A stretch of 57,866 nt of DNA, counting the filler, from Sphacelaria rigidula (taxonomy: Eukaryota), in NCBI GenBank assembly GCA_964200075.2. It is 8 parts of 8 records of this genome, joined end to end, with 100 filler letters (N's around TTAATTAATTAA, not from the genome) between each part and the next. Parts side by side here need not be neighbours in the genome. Positions count along the whole stretch, not along the records: positions 21,741 to 28,886 come from CAXNAA020016266.1; positions 28,987 to 36,131 come from CAXNAA020016267.1; 6 more parts are not named here. One strand, written 5' to 3'. The notes beneath the pieces are model-generated. The model made no database searches, had not been told where the DNA came from, and was given only the letters and a program-made list of their open reading frames with translations. Below are positions 24,605-35,424 of this stretch, in pieces (position 1 is the stretch's first letter; every line of letters starts with the position of its first letter). Both the position numbers and the translations under genes were made by a program.

Positions 24605-25652
24605 GGTCCTGGAAGACGGGGCGATCCGCCACGGTCGGCCGGGCGGGCGATTTCTGCCCCGGCGGTCGCCCCGACGGTCGGGAATGTAGGCGCGACCCGC
24701 GCGGAGCTCCCCCGCCCGGGGGGCGCCTATATTCTCGAGCGCGGGCGCGAGGAGGCGTTGGCGGAATGCGGCGCTTTCGCGAGCCGCCAAATATTTTACA
24801 TGCTTCTATATCAACCTTTCCCACTTTGTTCGGTCATGGCCTAGCGAGATCCCACACAAAGCTTCAAGGCACAAGAGCCAACCTGGGCCGGTGAACGGCC
24901 TGGAAATATTGTTCCGAATTTCCTCCGGTCCGGTTCCCAAATCGCCGCTTTTCACCTAAATTTTGCGAGGTAAACGTCGAAATTTGGTAGGGAGGAAAAA
25001 TACGGCATGCTAAAACGCTCTCAAGCGGGACGCAAAGTAACTTTTTTTTCGTGAGTTAGCGGTGTTTTTCTGATATCTAAATACTGATTATTGCCCATAA
25101 CTCGAGAAAAAAAAAAACTTTGCGTCCCTAGCGACAGCGTTTTAGGATGCCCTTTTCTTCCCATCTACCAAATTTCGAAGTCTAACTCGCAAAATTGAGG
25201 TGAGATGGGGTTTGCAAGCCACAAATTCGCGTCTTGGCCGGCCCAGCCTGTACTTGACATAACCTTTGCCCAGATACAAGCGGACCGCTAGTATATTGGG
25301 TCGTTAGAAGTATCTATGAGCCAATTTTATCAAGAAATCGAACACCCCCCCCTCTAATCATAGAATAGCTCAGAAAACAGAGAACACATGACCTGTGATT
25401 CCATTTGCGCAGAGGGTGTGGTGCTGCTGTGCCCATCAAGCGAACAGTGGGGGACACCTGATCAAACCCGAGCTGCACTGCGTCAACAATGACCTGGGTC
25501 TGACTGAGCGAGGTATCAAGCCTCTTCTGATGATACCCTACATACATCTTACGACTCACGAAACATGACCAAGAAGGGCCGATCTTGAGAGTCCGCGAGT
25601 GTCAGCTGGTATCCGTGTGTTGGGGCGTCCCGAGATGATATCAAGACATCAC

Positions 25653-25863
25653 TGTAGTGCGTGGAGGGACCGCGTGCTTGGAGGACCGCGTCGTAGTTCA
25701 AAGCACCCCAGGACCGACGCATTTCAAAACCATTCGGGTCAGTCCCTACAACGACCACGCCCCTGACCCTGACCCCAACGCTAACCCTAACCTCAACCTT
25801 GACCATGGGGGTATTTAAACTCCACCAAGGTCCCCTTCGCACGCGGTCCTCCCACGCATTACA
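25653..25863. mobile_element. Telomere-motif MITE, copy 2
   Basis: Same TIR; exact 4-bp TSD TCAC. Confidence 0.8.
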
Positions 25864-25892
25864 TCACTATAGCCACTGAGCCGCTGAACCAC

Positions 25893-26090
25893 TGAAATGC
25901 GTGAGAGGATCGGGTGCAGAGAGGACCGCATCGGAATTTATTATCTCTATGGTTACGGTTGGGGTTGGGGTTATGGTCAGCGGCGTGGTCCCGCCGAGGA
26001 CTGGCCCAATTGGTTTTGGAAAACGTCGATCCTGAGGGGTTTCGAACTACACCGTGGTCCCATGAGCACGCGGTCCTCTCACGCATTTCA
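25893..26090. mobile_element. Telomere-motif MITE, copy 3 (opposite orientation)
   Basis: TGAAATGCGTGAGAGGA...TCCTCTCACGCATTTCA; flanks CCAC / CCGC. Confidence 0.8.
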
Positions 26091-26542
26091 CCGCTCACTC
26101 AGTGCTGGCTGACTGGCTTCGTGGTATTGAGACGTGTGAACAGATGAAATGCCATCAAAACGTTGAACGAAGTGCGTACAGTATGAATCGGGCTGTGATC
26201 ACACGCGTTGTCGTTTGTGACCGCTGTTGACCTGCCGAGGCCTCTGGGACGTCCGCTTTGTTAACCGGTTCATGCTGTTCGCATCCTCTCCAGATTGTCG
26301 ACAACTAAGAGGCGCTCCACAACATGCGGATGACGTCTACCAGCGACCACCCGTATTGACCTTGGGCACAAATGAAACAAATGCCTGTGCGATTCCTGCG
26401 TTGTCTCACGGGATTTCCGTCTGGCCTCAAACAATGGGGCCACGAATATATTCCGCTGTGCACGGTGGGTACAAGTCCATGAACCATACGCGCTGAGCTA
26501 GGGAAAGTGGAGACGTGAAAGCTCCTCACCTCGTCGTGCTGT

Positions 26543-26753
26543 TGTAATGCGTGAGAGGACCGCGTGCTTAGAGGACCGCATCGGAATTTGAACATCCCTA
26601 TGGTTAGGGCTAGGGTTAGGGTTAGGGCTGGGGTTATGGTCAGGGGTGTGGTACCTGCAGGAAATGGACCGAATCGTTTTGGAAAACCTTGTTCCTGAGG
26701 TGATTTGAACTACGGCGCCGTCCTCTAAGCACGCGGTCCTCTCACGCATTACA
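26543..26753. mobile_element. Telomere-motif MITE, copy 4
   Basis: Same TIR; internal GGTTAGGGCTAGGGTTAGGGTTAGGG. Confidence 0.85.
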
Positions 26754-27334
26754 ATACGTTCATAAGAAAGTGCAATCCATACCTCTGCTCTAGTGTGATG
26801 AATACAAAACATGTGAGAGGTACTTGTGGGCCTCTTTAGGCACTTTTTACGATAGCCCCTCCCAAAAAAATGTCTGGTTTTGGGATGCAAAATCTTCACG
26901 TAAATCGTAATGGGAAACGTCGAGCACAACGAGTAGCTCGGAATTCCCACGCTTGGATTCGGTCTCGCCAATGTCGCCCATATGAGGCGCTGTATGACCA
27001 TTTGTTTCGTGACACTTTTGGGCTGGTTTTGGGGGGGGGCTATCGTAGATGGTGTCTCAAGGGAACCCGTTTTCTATGACATGACCTACACGTCTCGCGT
27101 CATATACGGGTTTCACCCTAGGGCGATAGTATTGCAAAGAGAGGTGCCTAGCACAGGGTAAATTCGATCAACCTGGAATAACGATGCCCCAGGTTTTCTT
27201 AAGACAGTGGAGTCCTCGATACTGCAGAATATTTGAAATTCTCGGTACTTGTGATACCTGCGGTGCATTGAAACGCCCAATACCTAATTCCTAAAAGAGT
27301 TTCGAGAGTCTGCACCCTGGTGTGAGGACGATGC

Positions 27335-27544
27335 TGTAATTAATGTCTGAGAGGACCGTGTGCTCAAAGGACCGCATCGGAATTTCAACACCCCTATATG
27401 ATTAGGATTAGGTTTAGTGCTGGGGTTGGGGTCAGGGGCGTGGTTTCTGCAGGGACTGGCCCGATTGGTATGAAAAGCGTCGAGCCTGAGGTGTTTTCGA
27501 CTTTGATGCGGTCCTCTGAGCACGCGGTCATCTCACGCATTACA
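27335..27544. mobile_element. Telomere-motif MITE, copy 5
   Basis: Same TIR with a degenerate TTAGGG-like tract. Confidence 0.75.
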
Positions 27545-27663
27545 GGTAGATGCACGCACACGCCACACCAAACGTTCTGAGTTCGTTTCGGCTTTTATCG
27601 CTCTGCCACCCGACCTGAGCACGTCCCGGGAAACACATGCGTCCCGCACCTCGGGTCTATTAG

Positions 27664-27900
27664 GTATGGTGCCGTCCATAGCCACCTGAAGCAACGGAAT
27701 GGAGGGCGTGGAATCATCCGGCACGTGTTGCGTGAGTGATTGCGGGACTTGCGGCGGTGAGGGTTGCGGTACACGGGCCGAAGAGGTGGGCCTCACGAAG
27801 TACGACTGCTGCGTCGGAGAGATTGAGGAAGCAGGGGCTTACTGTGAAGACTCCGGAGAAGCACCATGCATACTCAGTGGCAGTGGGAGCAGTGACAGCG
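27664..27900 (+). pseudogene. Symmetric (phase 1-1) exon encoding a brown-algal-type Cys-rich module, with an in-frame TGA
   Basis: TAG acceptor at 27661-27663 and GTAAG donor at 27901. Translates as T*SNGMEGVESSGTCCVSDCGTCGGEGCGTR...DCCVGEIEEAGAYCEDSGEAPCIL, with TGA at 27687-27689. Confidence 0.65.
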
Positions 27901-28779
27901 GTAAGCGTTGGGTGTTGTTTGTACCGGATGTTCTGCATTAAACAGAAATGACATTTTTTACGATACCCACCCCACATACATGAAGTGGCTAGTTTGAGGA
28001 GTAAAAGTCTACGCATGGAGTCGAAATGAAACATCCGGGCAGAACCAGCAGCTGGGAATCCGAACGCTTGGATTCGTTTTTGCCTGCCACCCATCTGAGG
28101 CGCGTCATGCACACCCTGAAGTCAAGTATAAGGCGCTGCATGACCATTTTCTTCGTGACAGTTTTGGGCTGGTTTACAGTGCCGGCCCGCACTCAAGAAT
28201 ATGGCAGTTAAGAATTTGCCCCTGAGTGCACGTGCTCCGATTGAACGTGCTGTTAAGAACAAGAACACACACTTGAGGTGTACCACTGATGCTACAGATA
28301 AGAAGAAGAGTAACGTGGCGGCTACGAGATAAGAACATTCGCATGTGGAGGGGGCGAGGGATGGGCGATCCCAGTATTGGATTCGGGAGGGGGCTGGTTG
28401 TGTTGAGTGGGCACATCGGCCGGCGTATTTCTACCCCCACGGGCAGATTCCCTGAACGTACCCCCAAACTAGAACCAGTTCCGGAGCACGTTTGAGCAGA
28501 CCCACCGGTCCGATTACCACATGATTGAAAGCACCCCCAGACAAGGGACCCACACACGGTTCATGCACGGCACATAGTACGATACGCATACGAACAGCAC
28601 CATGGCCCACACACACGGATAGCATCATAGCCCTCACACACATGTAGAGACGAACCGCCATCAGCTAGTGGCAAAATAGCAGCAGCCGTTCACATCATCA
28701 TCAGATGTTGCGCTGGTGCCGTCGTCATATGATACGCAAACCAATAATATATAGAACACAGTCGGATAATTAAGACCCC

Positions 28780-28850
28780 GGTCGCCCCGGTGGCTCAGTT
28801 GGTAACCTCGTAACCTTCTGATGGTTGACCAGGGGGGTGCAATTGCCGGA
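28780..28850 (+). repeat. Possible tRNA-derived SINE head
   Basis: A-box-like GGTGGCTCAGTTGG; only a degenerate B-box and no cloverleaf. Confidence 0.35.
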
Positions 28851-28886
28851 GCGATGTGGAGTCTTGTCTCACCTCATGCCTCCCAG

Positions 28887-28986
28887 NNNNNNNNNNNNNN
28901 NNNNNNNNNNNNNNNNNNNNNNNNNNNNNNTTAATTAATTAANNNNNNNNNNNNNNNNNNNNNNNNNNNNNNNNNNNNNNNNNNNN
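28887..28986. other. Artificial 100-bp contig spacer
   Basis: N-run, TTAATTAATTAA, N-run. Confidence 0.97.
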
Positions 28987-29262
28987 GATTCTCATTTCAA
29001 AATACCTTCTCATATTTCTGGCAACCCTGTTATATATATATATATATATATATCTGTGTGTATACTGGTCAGAAAACATGGTGACAGAAGATACGACCCG
29101 GTATATATGCCTCCTGATACCTATCTGGCCACCGGTGCGGGGCTGCCCATCCCCTTTCCAACATGTAATATAAATATCTTGGCTAACCATCACGACGACA
29201 GAAAACGCGGGTCGATATGCGCCTTTTGGTACGCCTGTCGTCACCGGGGCTGTGTTGCTTAT

Positions 29263-30203
29263 ACCCTGGACAATATAATATGTTCCAATATGATACCAAT
29301 ATTTCGTATTGGAGCCAGCGCAAATATTGTCCTTTCAATACATATTATGTTGAGATGTCCTCGGAGATATCGAAGCAACAACATATATTGCTCGTGTCAT
29401 CATCATGAAGTAATGTATGTCAATATATATGGGACATGCAGTTGCTCCGAGAATAAAACATTCAATATATATATTGTGCATGCTGGCCGTGTGTGTATTG
29501 AAGTGTCAATATATATTGAGTCGAGGCGACGCGTAGCATATTGTTACCATAATATATATTGAACGCAAACCATGCAGAAGTATTGTTTTTCCAATATATA
29601 TTGCGCACGTTGATCGGATAGCTATTGTGCAGGCAATATATATTGAACACGCTTGTTGAGGAATACATTGAGCATTTTCGGCATGTAAAATACGTCTTTG
29701 AATGGCGCCCGCGAACAAAGAACTGCCCACTATACTAACTCCAATACACTTTCCAATCTATATGTTGAAAATCAATATATTTTGCTACACCAACATGTAT
29801 TGTGACCGTCGGTTCCCTCATGTATTGTCCGCCCAATATATATTGGACGCATTGACGCACGACATATAAGGGCGGCAATATATATTGGCGCTTCGGATGT
29901 CGAGTATATTGAATCGTCAATATACATCGACCTCGGGTGGTAACCAATGTATTACTCGACAAATATATATTGGTGCCTTCTCGCACCAACATATTACTCG
30001 GCCCATATATATTGAGGTGGCGCGTGTCGTGATATATTGTTCGGTCGATATATATTGCATGTCCCGAGCCTTGACGCATTGATGGCACAATATATGTTGA
30101 CCCTCTCTCGTGTCATCATATTGCTCGCCCAATATATATTGACCACCCGACGCCTCGATATATTGAGCGGGCAATATATATTATATATTGTATTGTCCAG
30201 GGT
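29263..30203. repeat. TIR-bounded, regularly interspaced palindromic repeat array (42-43-bp period, unique spacers)
   Basis: CAATATATATTG-like palindromes start at 29336, 29379, 29421, 29463, 29507, 29550, 29592, 29634, then 29791, 29834, 29876, 29918, 29961, 30003, 30046, 30088, 30130 and 30172. Ends are an 18/19 inverted repeat ACCCTGGACAATAYAATAT. Confidence 0.9.
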
Positions 30204-31493
30204 GTGGAATATTTACCCACCGCGACATCAAGTCACCTCACGCGTTACCTTCACCCGAAATATGACAAATCGTGTACCAGTACTGGCCTAATACACCTTT
30301 GCACCCCTCCAATCGCTGTGCCAACGCCTTCGACACAGACGTCACGCATGCCTCCGGGTTGAAAATGTACGCTAGATTTCGGCGATCCGTGAAAATGTGC
30401 ACGCCATTCCACAATAGATGCTCGAGACGACGAAAAGTGCTCACGATCGCAAACCCTTTCTTGTCAATGGTTGCCCAACGCACCTGTGAACCCTTGAAAT
30501 TGCCACTAAGAAAAGCCAGCGGTTCATGCGTCATGTCTTCAACCAGCAACCGTTGTTGCATTTCTGCATCAGGCATCTGCGTTACAAAACTATCCCAATG
30601 ATAGTCGGATACATCCGAAAACATCAGCACCTGGCAACCGGGGCGGGGATGCAACAGCGTCACGGTATGAGCCACCAGATCCCTCGCTTCCGCCCATGCC
30701 TGCAGCCTGTCCTCCGTCCACGACGCGGGCGGATTACCGCGGTTTTTGGCCACCGGCTTCGTGCGCCTTGCAGCCCCCATCATGAGTTCTTCTAGGGGAA
30801 CGCACAAGGGCGCCACTACTTCGGCCATACGTGGCAACGAGGTACGCAACCAGTTCATTGCGTGTAGGAACTGCATTAGTTCTGCTGCTGTTTCTGGACG
30901 CCGCATGTCAGACGAACCTTGCAAGCGGACCGGGTCATGCGAGGCGCGGCCGTGTGAACATACGTTCCCACACCACACTAATTCACTAGCAAAAAAGGTA
31001 CACTTGTGGGCAGCTGGAAACAGACCAACACTCTCTAAGCGAGCCAAGATTGCATCAGTATCCAACAGTTCGTCTTCCGTATCCGCGAAGAAAAATACAT
31101 CATCCACCCAAATCTTGCATTTCAAGCCATCTCTAAGGTCTACCATGACACCTTAAAAATAGGAAGTAGCACTCAACACGCCTTGCGGTACTCGTTGCGG
31201 GTAAACATGCCAAATGGAGTCGTGATGGTGAATATCTCTTGCGCCTCTTCGGCCAAGGGCATCTGCCAGTGCCCCTGTAGGAGGTCCAACTTACCGAAGC
31301 ATCGCGCGCTCAACAGGTCTATCATATCGGATTCCTGATTGGGCATGACACCCGGCGACTTCTCCACCTGACAATTGACGGCTCCGTAATCGCTGACAAG
31401 ACGGAAATCCTTTTTCGGCACCGCCATCGCTGGACGGGACCACACCGCCTGTAGATTCCTGAACACCAGCCCAACCGCCACAAGAGTTCCCAT
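30204..31493 (-). pseudogene. Gypsy reverse transcriptase and RNase H (frameshifted)
   Basis: ORFs 31173..31493 and 30238..31146; TGA interrupts the NAWGDL-like motif at 30238. Confidence 0.88.
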
Positions 31494-31499
31494 GCAAAG

Positions 31500-33558
31500 C
31501 AGCTAACCAACTGGACTTTACCGGATCATACCTCCTCGGTTTTGCCTTCACCACGGCCGCCCCTGGCTTCAGTGTAACCCTCGTGGCTTCCACGCGCGCA
31601 GGGAGATCACCCATCAGCGCACGACGAAACGCGTTAACGTGGCGATACAATATGCCACGCAAGCGCTCCGCTTTTGAGACGTTGGGGCCATTTGCCACAG
31701 CATCCGTCACTATTTCCTCCAGCGCAGCCATTCGCGTGGATTCCTCTTCTGCCGGCTCCATAGTCATATCGGGGCCACGCTCCACTAAACGTTCCACCGC
31801 CTCATCACGCTCCTCGGACACCTGCCGCCCCGCGTCCAGGAGAGCATCAACCGACAAGCTCATCATTCTGCGACTGGCCAAAAAAGCAGGCTTCTCGACA
31901 ATCGAACCGGGCGACGGCATTTGCGGTTTTAGGGACTCTAACAGCCAATCATACGGATCGACTCCGAGTCCCCGACGCGTCGGTAGGCCCAACAGAACGA
32001 CACCATCCGTCCCAGGCATGATCGCAAACGATATCGGGGGTAATTTCGCTGGCCCCCAGGTAGTCCTGAACGCCAACTGCAGGGGAATCGTACGCTCCGT
32101 GTCATTTATACGTTGCCCCGATGCGGCGATGGCCTGCCGCGCCCCAAGCGAGAACGGAATTCGGATTTGCTCACCAGGGAGTAGACGCTCCAGAATCTCC
32201 ACAAACAGCACCGACACGCTCGTGAAATGGGCGCCTGAATCCAACACAGGGTTGACCAATATGTCTCCCCGCGCCCGTTGATTTGGGAGATATAACTCTG
32301 CAGGAATATATTTTTCTTGATCCTCGACCGGCACCTGCTCCGCCGACTGATTTGTCGTGATCCCCCCTTGGCGCCACGGCTGCGCGTGCGGCGGAGGCAT
32401 AGACGCCCCCGCTGGGATCACCGGCACCGCCGGCGGGTATGAAGCCCCGCCCGCAGAACCAAATTGCAGCGGTACTCCGACCGACGCAGCAGCAGATCCA
32501 AATTTCAGCTGAAATCCGACCGGCTCAGCAGCAGGCGTCTCCCCTTGCCCTGCTGCCGGCGGCGCCGGCACTGAGCCTGACACTACAGTGGTCGGTCCCA
32601 CCTGCACCGCCCGTTGCGGAGCAGCAGCCCCTGCGGCTGAGCCGGACCCAGATCCGGACCCCTGCTGACGCCGCTGCCCCTGCTGCTGCTGCTGCTGGGA
32701 ACTCGATTGTACATCTCGACCGCTGGAGGATCCGCCTCCGCCACAACCCCGATTACCTTTCCCTCCTTTGTGATTGCGAGGGCGCACGGCACTCGTCTGC
32801 CCAGACTCCCCCTCGGAAGGCGGTGGGCACTTGCGTGTGTAGTGGCCTACCTGGTAACACTGAAAGCAAATGATATTGGAGGCGGCACTGCCTGCAGGGT
32901 TTGATCCGCGCTTACGCGAGCTCGAAGACTGCGGCGACGAAGTGGATGACTTCCCGAATACTTCGATCTTCCGCCATGCCTGAGCCTCCGCCACCACGGT
33001 ATCCATTACTAAGTACGGACCTGACTTCCAATTGGTTTCGTGCTGTAATTGCACAAGCACGGCCTGTTTGAATTCCGTCGGTGCCAGAACCTCCACGATT
33101 GCTTTCGTGGTCACCGCAGCGAGCTCTGGACGGAATTTCCCATCGGACGAACGATAAGCCATCTCGACGTTGGGATTTTCCGAAAAATATGTCTCCAACT
33201 TTCCCATGATTGGCTCCAACCTCTCACGCATGGTCTTCCCCTTGTGGTTCATGGTGACAGCCTTCGCCACGGCCGCGGACGCCTGTGTTAGCTCTACCTC
33301 AGCGCCCGCCGCATGCCCTGCATGCTTCTTGATCGCTGCAGCCAATTGCAGCGGCGTTATTGTGTTCTTCTCATGGACTCTTCTCGCAGAAACGCGTTGG
33401 AGCAGGGTAAGCACGAGTTGCGCCATGGAAACGACCTGATGCCTTACCGCACCCCCCGCATTCGCATGCTCCACCCGCTTCTTGTATTCCACGTATTTCG
33501 TATAAAACGAACGAGAAGCACACTCAGAATACAATTTCCCGTAACTGGGAGGCGGCAA
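31500..33558 (-). pseudogene. Gypsy gag-protease region
   Basis: Part of ORF 31291..33558 with the CCHC knuckle and the LDSGA protease motif; frameshift near 31500. Confidence 0.85.
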
Positions 33559-33817
33559 GTCTTCCCCCAGAACAACTGGGGTTACGGTTGTCTCCGCTGG
33601 CTCTTCGGCTGGTACCTCTGAAGTCGACGTTTCCGAGCGGACCTAATCGAAGGCTTCTGAACCTTCTCGAACTCCACAGTTCACGCCCGCCTTCGTCGCC
33701 GCACCACACAGCCGTGGAGTCCTATAAACTCCCCCAGCTCCAGCAAGTCTCCAGTCTGGATCAATCACGGGCCAGCCGCCTTTGCAGCTACCTCAGCTTG
33801 AAACCTCCTCACGCGTC

Positions 33818-34183
33818 TGTGACGTAGTATGTCCGACGCTGTCCAGACTCCTCTCTACTGAAAACATTCCAGCAGTCACTAGCGATAGCATAACTAGCAC
33901 GGCTAGCACTATCACTAATATCGATATTGTGACGCCGGAAGGTTGCTAGTACTGCAGCGTCTGATGCTGTTGAGGGACTCCCCAGTTCCACTGGCCTCAG
34001 GTTTCAGTTGTTAGCCTTCACAACATCCTTTGTTATCCTGGAGTGTCACACAGGCACATGCTCCATAAACCACATCAGGGTATCATCCCTGTGTCCATGT
34101 CATCGTCCATATCATCACTACAGATCCCAAGTCATCATCCAATCATCTCTATATACTCAACGTGACGGCGTGATTTCATCACA
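33818..34183 (-). repeat. Probable 5' LTR of the gypsy element
   Basis: 366 bp bounded by the inverted termini TGTGA...TCACA, just upstream of gag. No second LTR is available for confirmation. Confidence 0.65.
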
Positions 34184-35424
34184 GATCTCAAAAATGAGGT
34201 TCAAGTGGCATACCTTTTTTGCAGGGATGACGCGAAACAGTTACACAAAGCGAAACCCTCTTTCCCTCCAAAACTCTGCATCACTGAATCAGTTATGGCT
34301 AGGTGCACCGAACGAACGCGGTGAACACGCGTTTCGATGACGGTATCATCAGAGAGAAAGAAGTAACGACAGAGAGGAAGCTCCTCGCCCGTGCCCTTTG
34401 TGTGTCCTCGCTAAGCGATTACCAGTCGCTCGAGAAAATTGCATCATGCATGTTACCAGCTCGTACATAATATATCATGTGCTGGTAGGTATGTTATTAT
34501 ATTGCTGCGCACAGCCCCCCAAAGAACATCGAGCTGCGGAGAGATTTCGTCTTTTCTTGCCTCTGGAGCTCACCAATGCGAAGATCGGTTTCTCTCTGCC
34601 TCTCGTTTTGGACAGGACGCGCCTCTGTGCGCTGAAACTCATGTCGATGAAAACAGGGCAATGCTCCCGTCACCGCTACTACTGTTCTCTGTCACACACA
34701 TGCCAGTAAGGACAGTGCGCTGCGGCAAAAATAACAAATCCAATTTGAACTTGGGGGGTGGTATTCATCGTTGATTTTGCCCGACATGACATATGTGACT
34801 ATCCAGGTGCCCGACCACAAGAGCCTGCCACAGGCCAGTTGGGGTGTGTGTGAGAGAGAGATCAAACACTTGTGGAGACCTTCTTGACATGCGGAGTGAA
34901 AAGAGATATCTATGGTGGTGACCTAACTGTTGCTAGCATTGTGCAGAGGGGTGCTTCAATGCTGCTATCTGGAGCTTTCGTTGCTCTACTCTACTGACTC
35001 CCGTCTGCAGAGCGTCTGCCGAGAGGTCACACACGGGAACACCATGTTATGTACCGAATTTCGGAACAGCTATAGAAACAAAATAGGTCGATTTTCGAAA
35101 CTACGTCCACATCATAGAAATGACTCTTGTTACCTGAGGAACTGTGGCTTCCCCGTCCCCCCGCCAGGTATGAAAGAACGACGACAGAGTTTTTGCGAGT
35201 GCATGTAACACCCATGGGGGAACACAGAATTTCTCCTCATGAAAATCCCCGTTTTCCTACTTGCGAACCGTTTTATGTCCGTTGCTTTCTAATATGAACG
35301 TTAAACTATCGATTTTTGTTCGGTTCTGTATTGATTAGCGGATGTCAATGCCAGCAAAGTTTAGTTATGCTATTCGACGTAATCTTCGAACGTTTGGCCG
35401 GACCCAAAGCGGCCACTTTCCCTC

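Larger units (their letters stand above)
30204..34183 (-). mobile_element. Degenerate Ty3/gypsy LTR retrotransposon (5' LTR, gag, PR, RT, RNase H; no integrase or 3' LTR)
   Basis: Gag knuckle CFQCYQVGHYTRKC; protease VLDSGAHF; RT motifs FRLVSDY, KLDLLQGHWQ, WVDD; RNase H motifs FSDVSD, IFTDRRNL, HISGEGNA*GDLMSRW. Several frameshifts and stops. Confidence 0.95.

Noticed and set aside
15763-27900. Joining the beta-helix exon and the Cys-module exon into one gene
   Set aside because: They are on different concatenated contigs.
30021-30032. Array spacer 12-mer CGCGTGTCGTGA also found at 22120-22131
   Set aside because: Roughly one such 12-mer match is expected by chance across all spacers in a window this size.
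29735-30174. ORFs with QYIL repeats as a 14-aa repeat protein
   Set aside because: Alternating 42- and 43-bp periods shift the frame, and QYI/NIY/IY patterns appear on both strands because the motif is palindromic.
29263-30203. Calling the array a true CRISPR
   Set aside because: The context is eukaryotic, with no cas genes or leader. The repeat is short, bipartite and degenerate, and the array is bounded by TIRs.
30236-30245. CCTCACGCGT also present at 33807-33816, as a possible direct repeat bounding the gypsy interior
   Set aside because: The copy at 30236 lies within RNase H codons and probably arises from a TGG-to-TGA mutation; likely coincidence.
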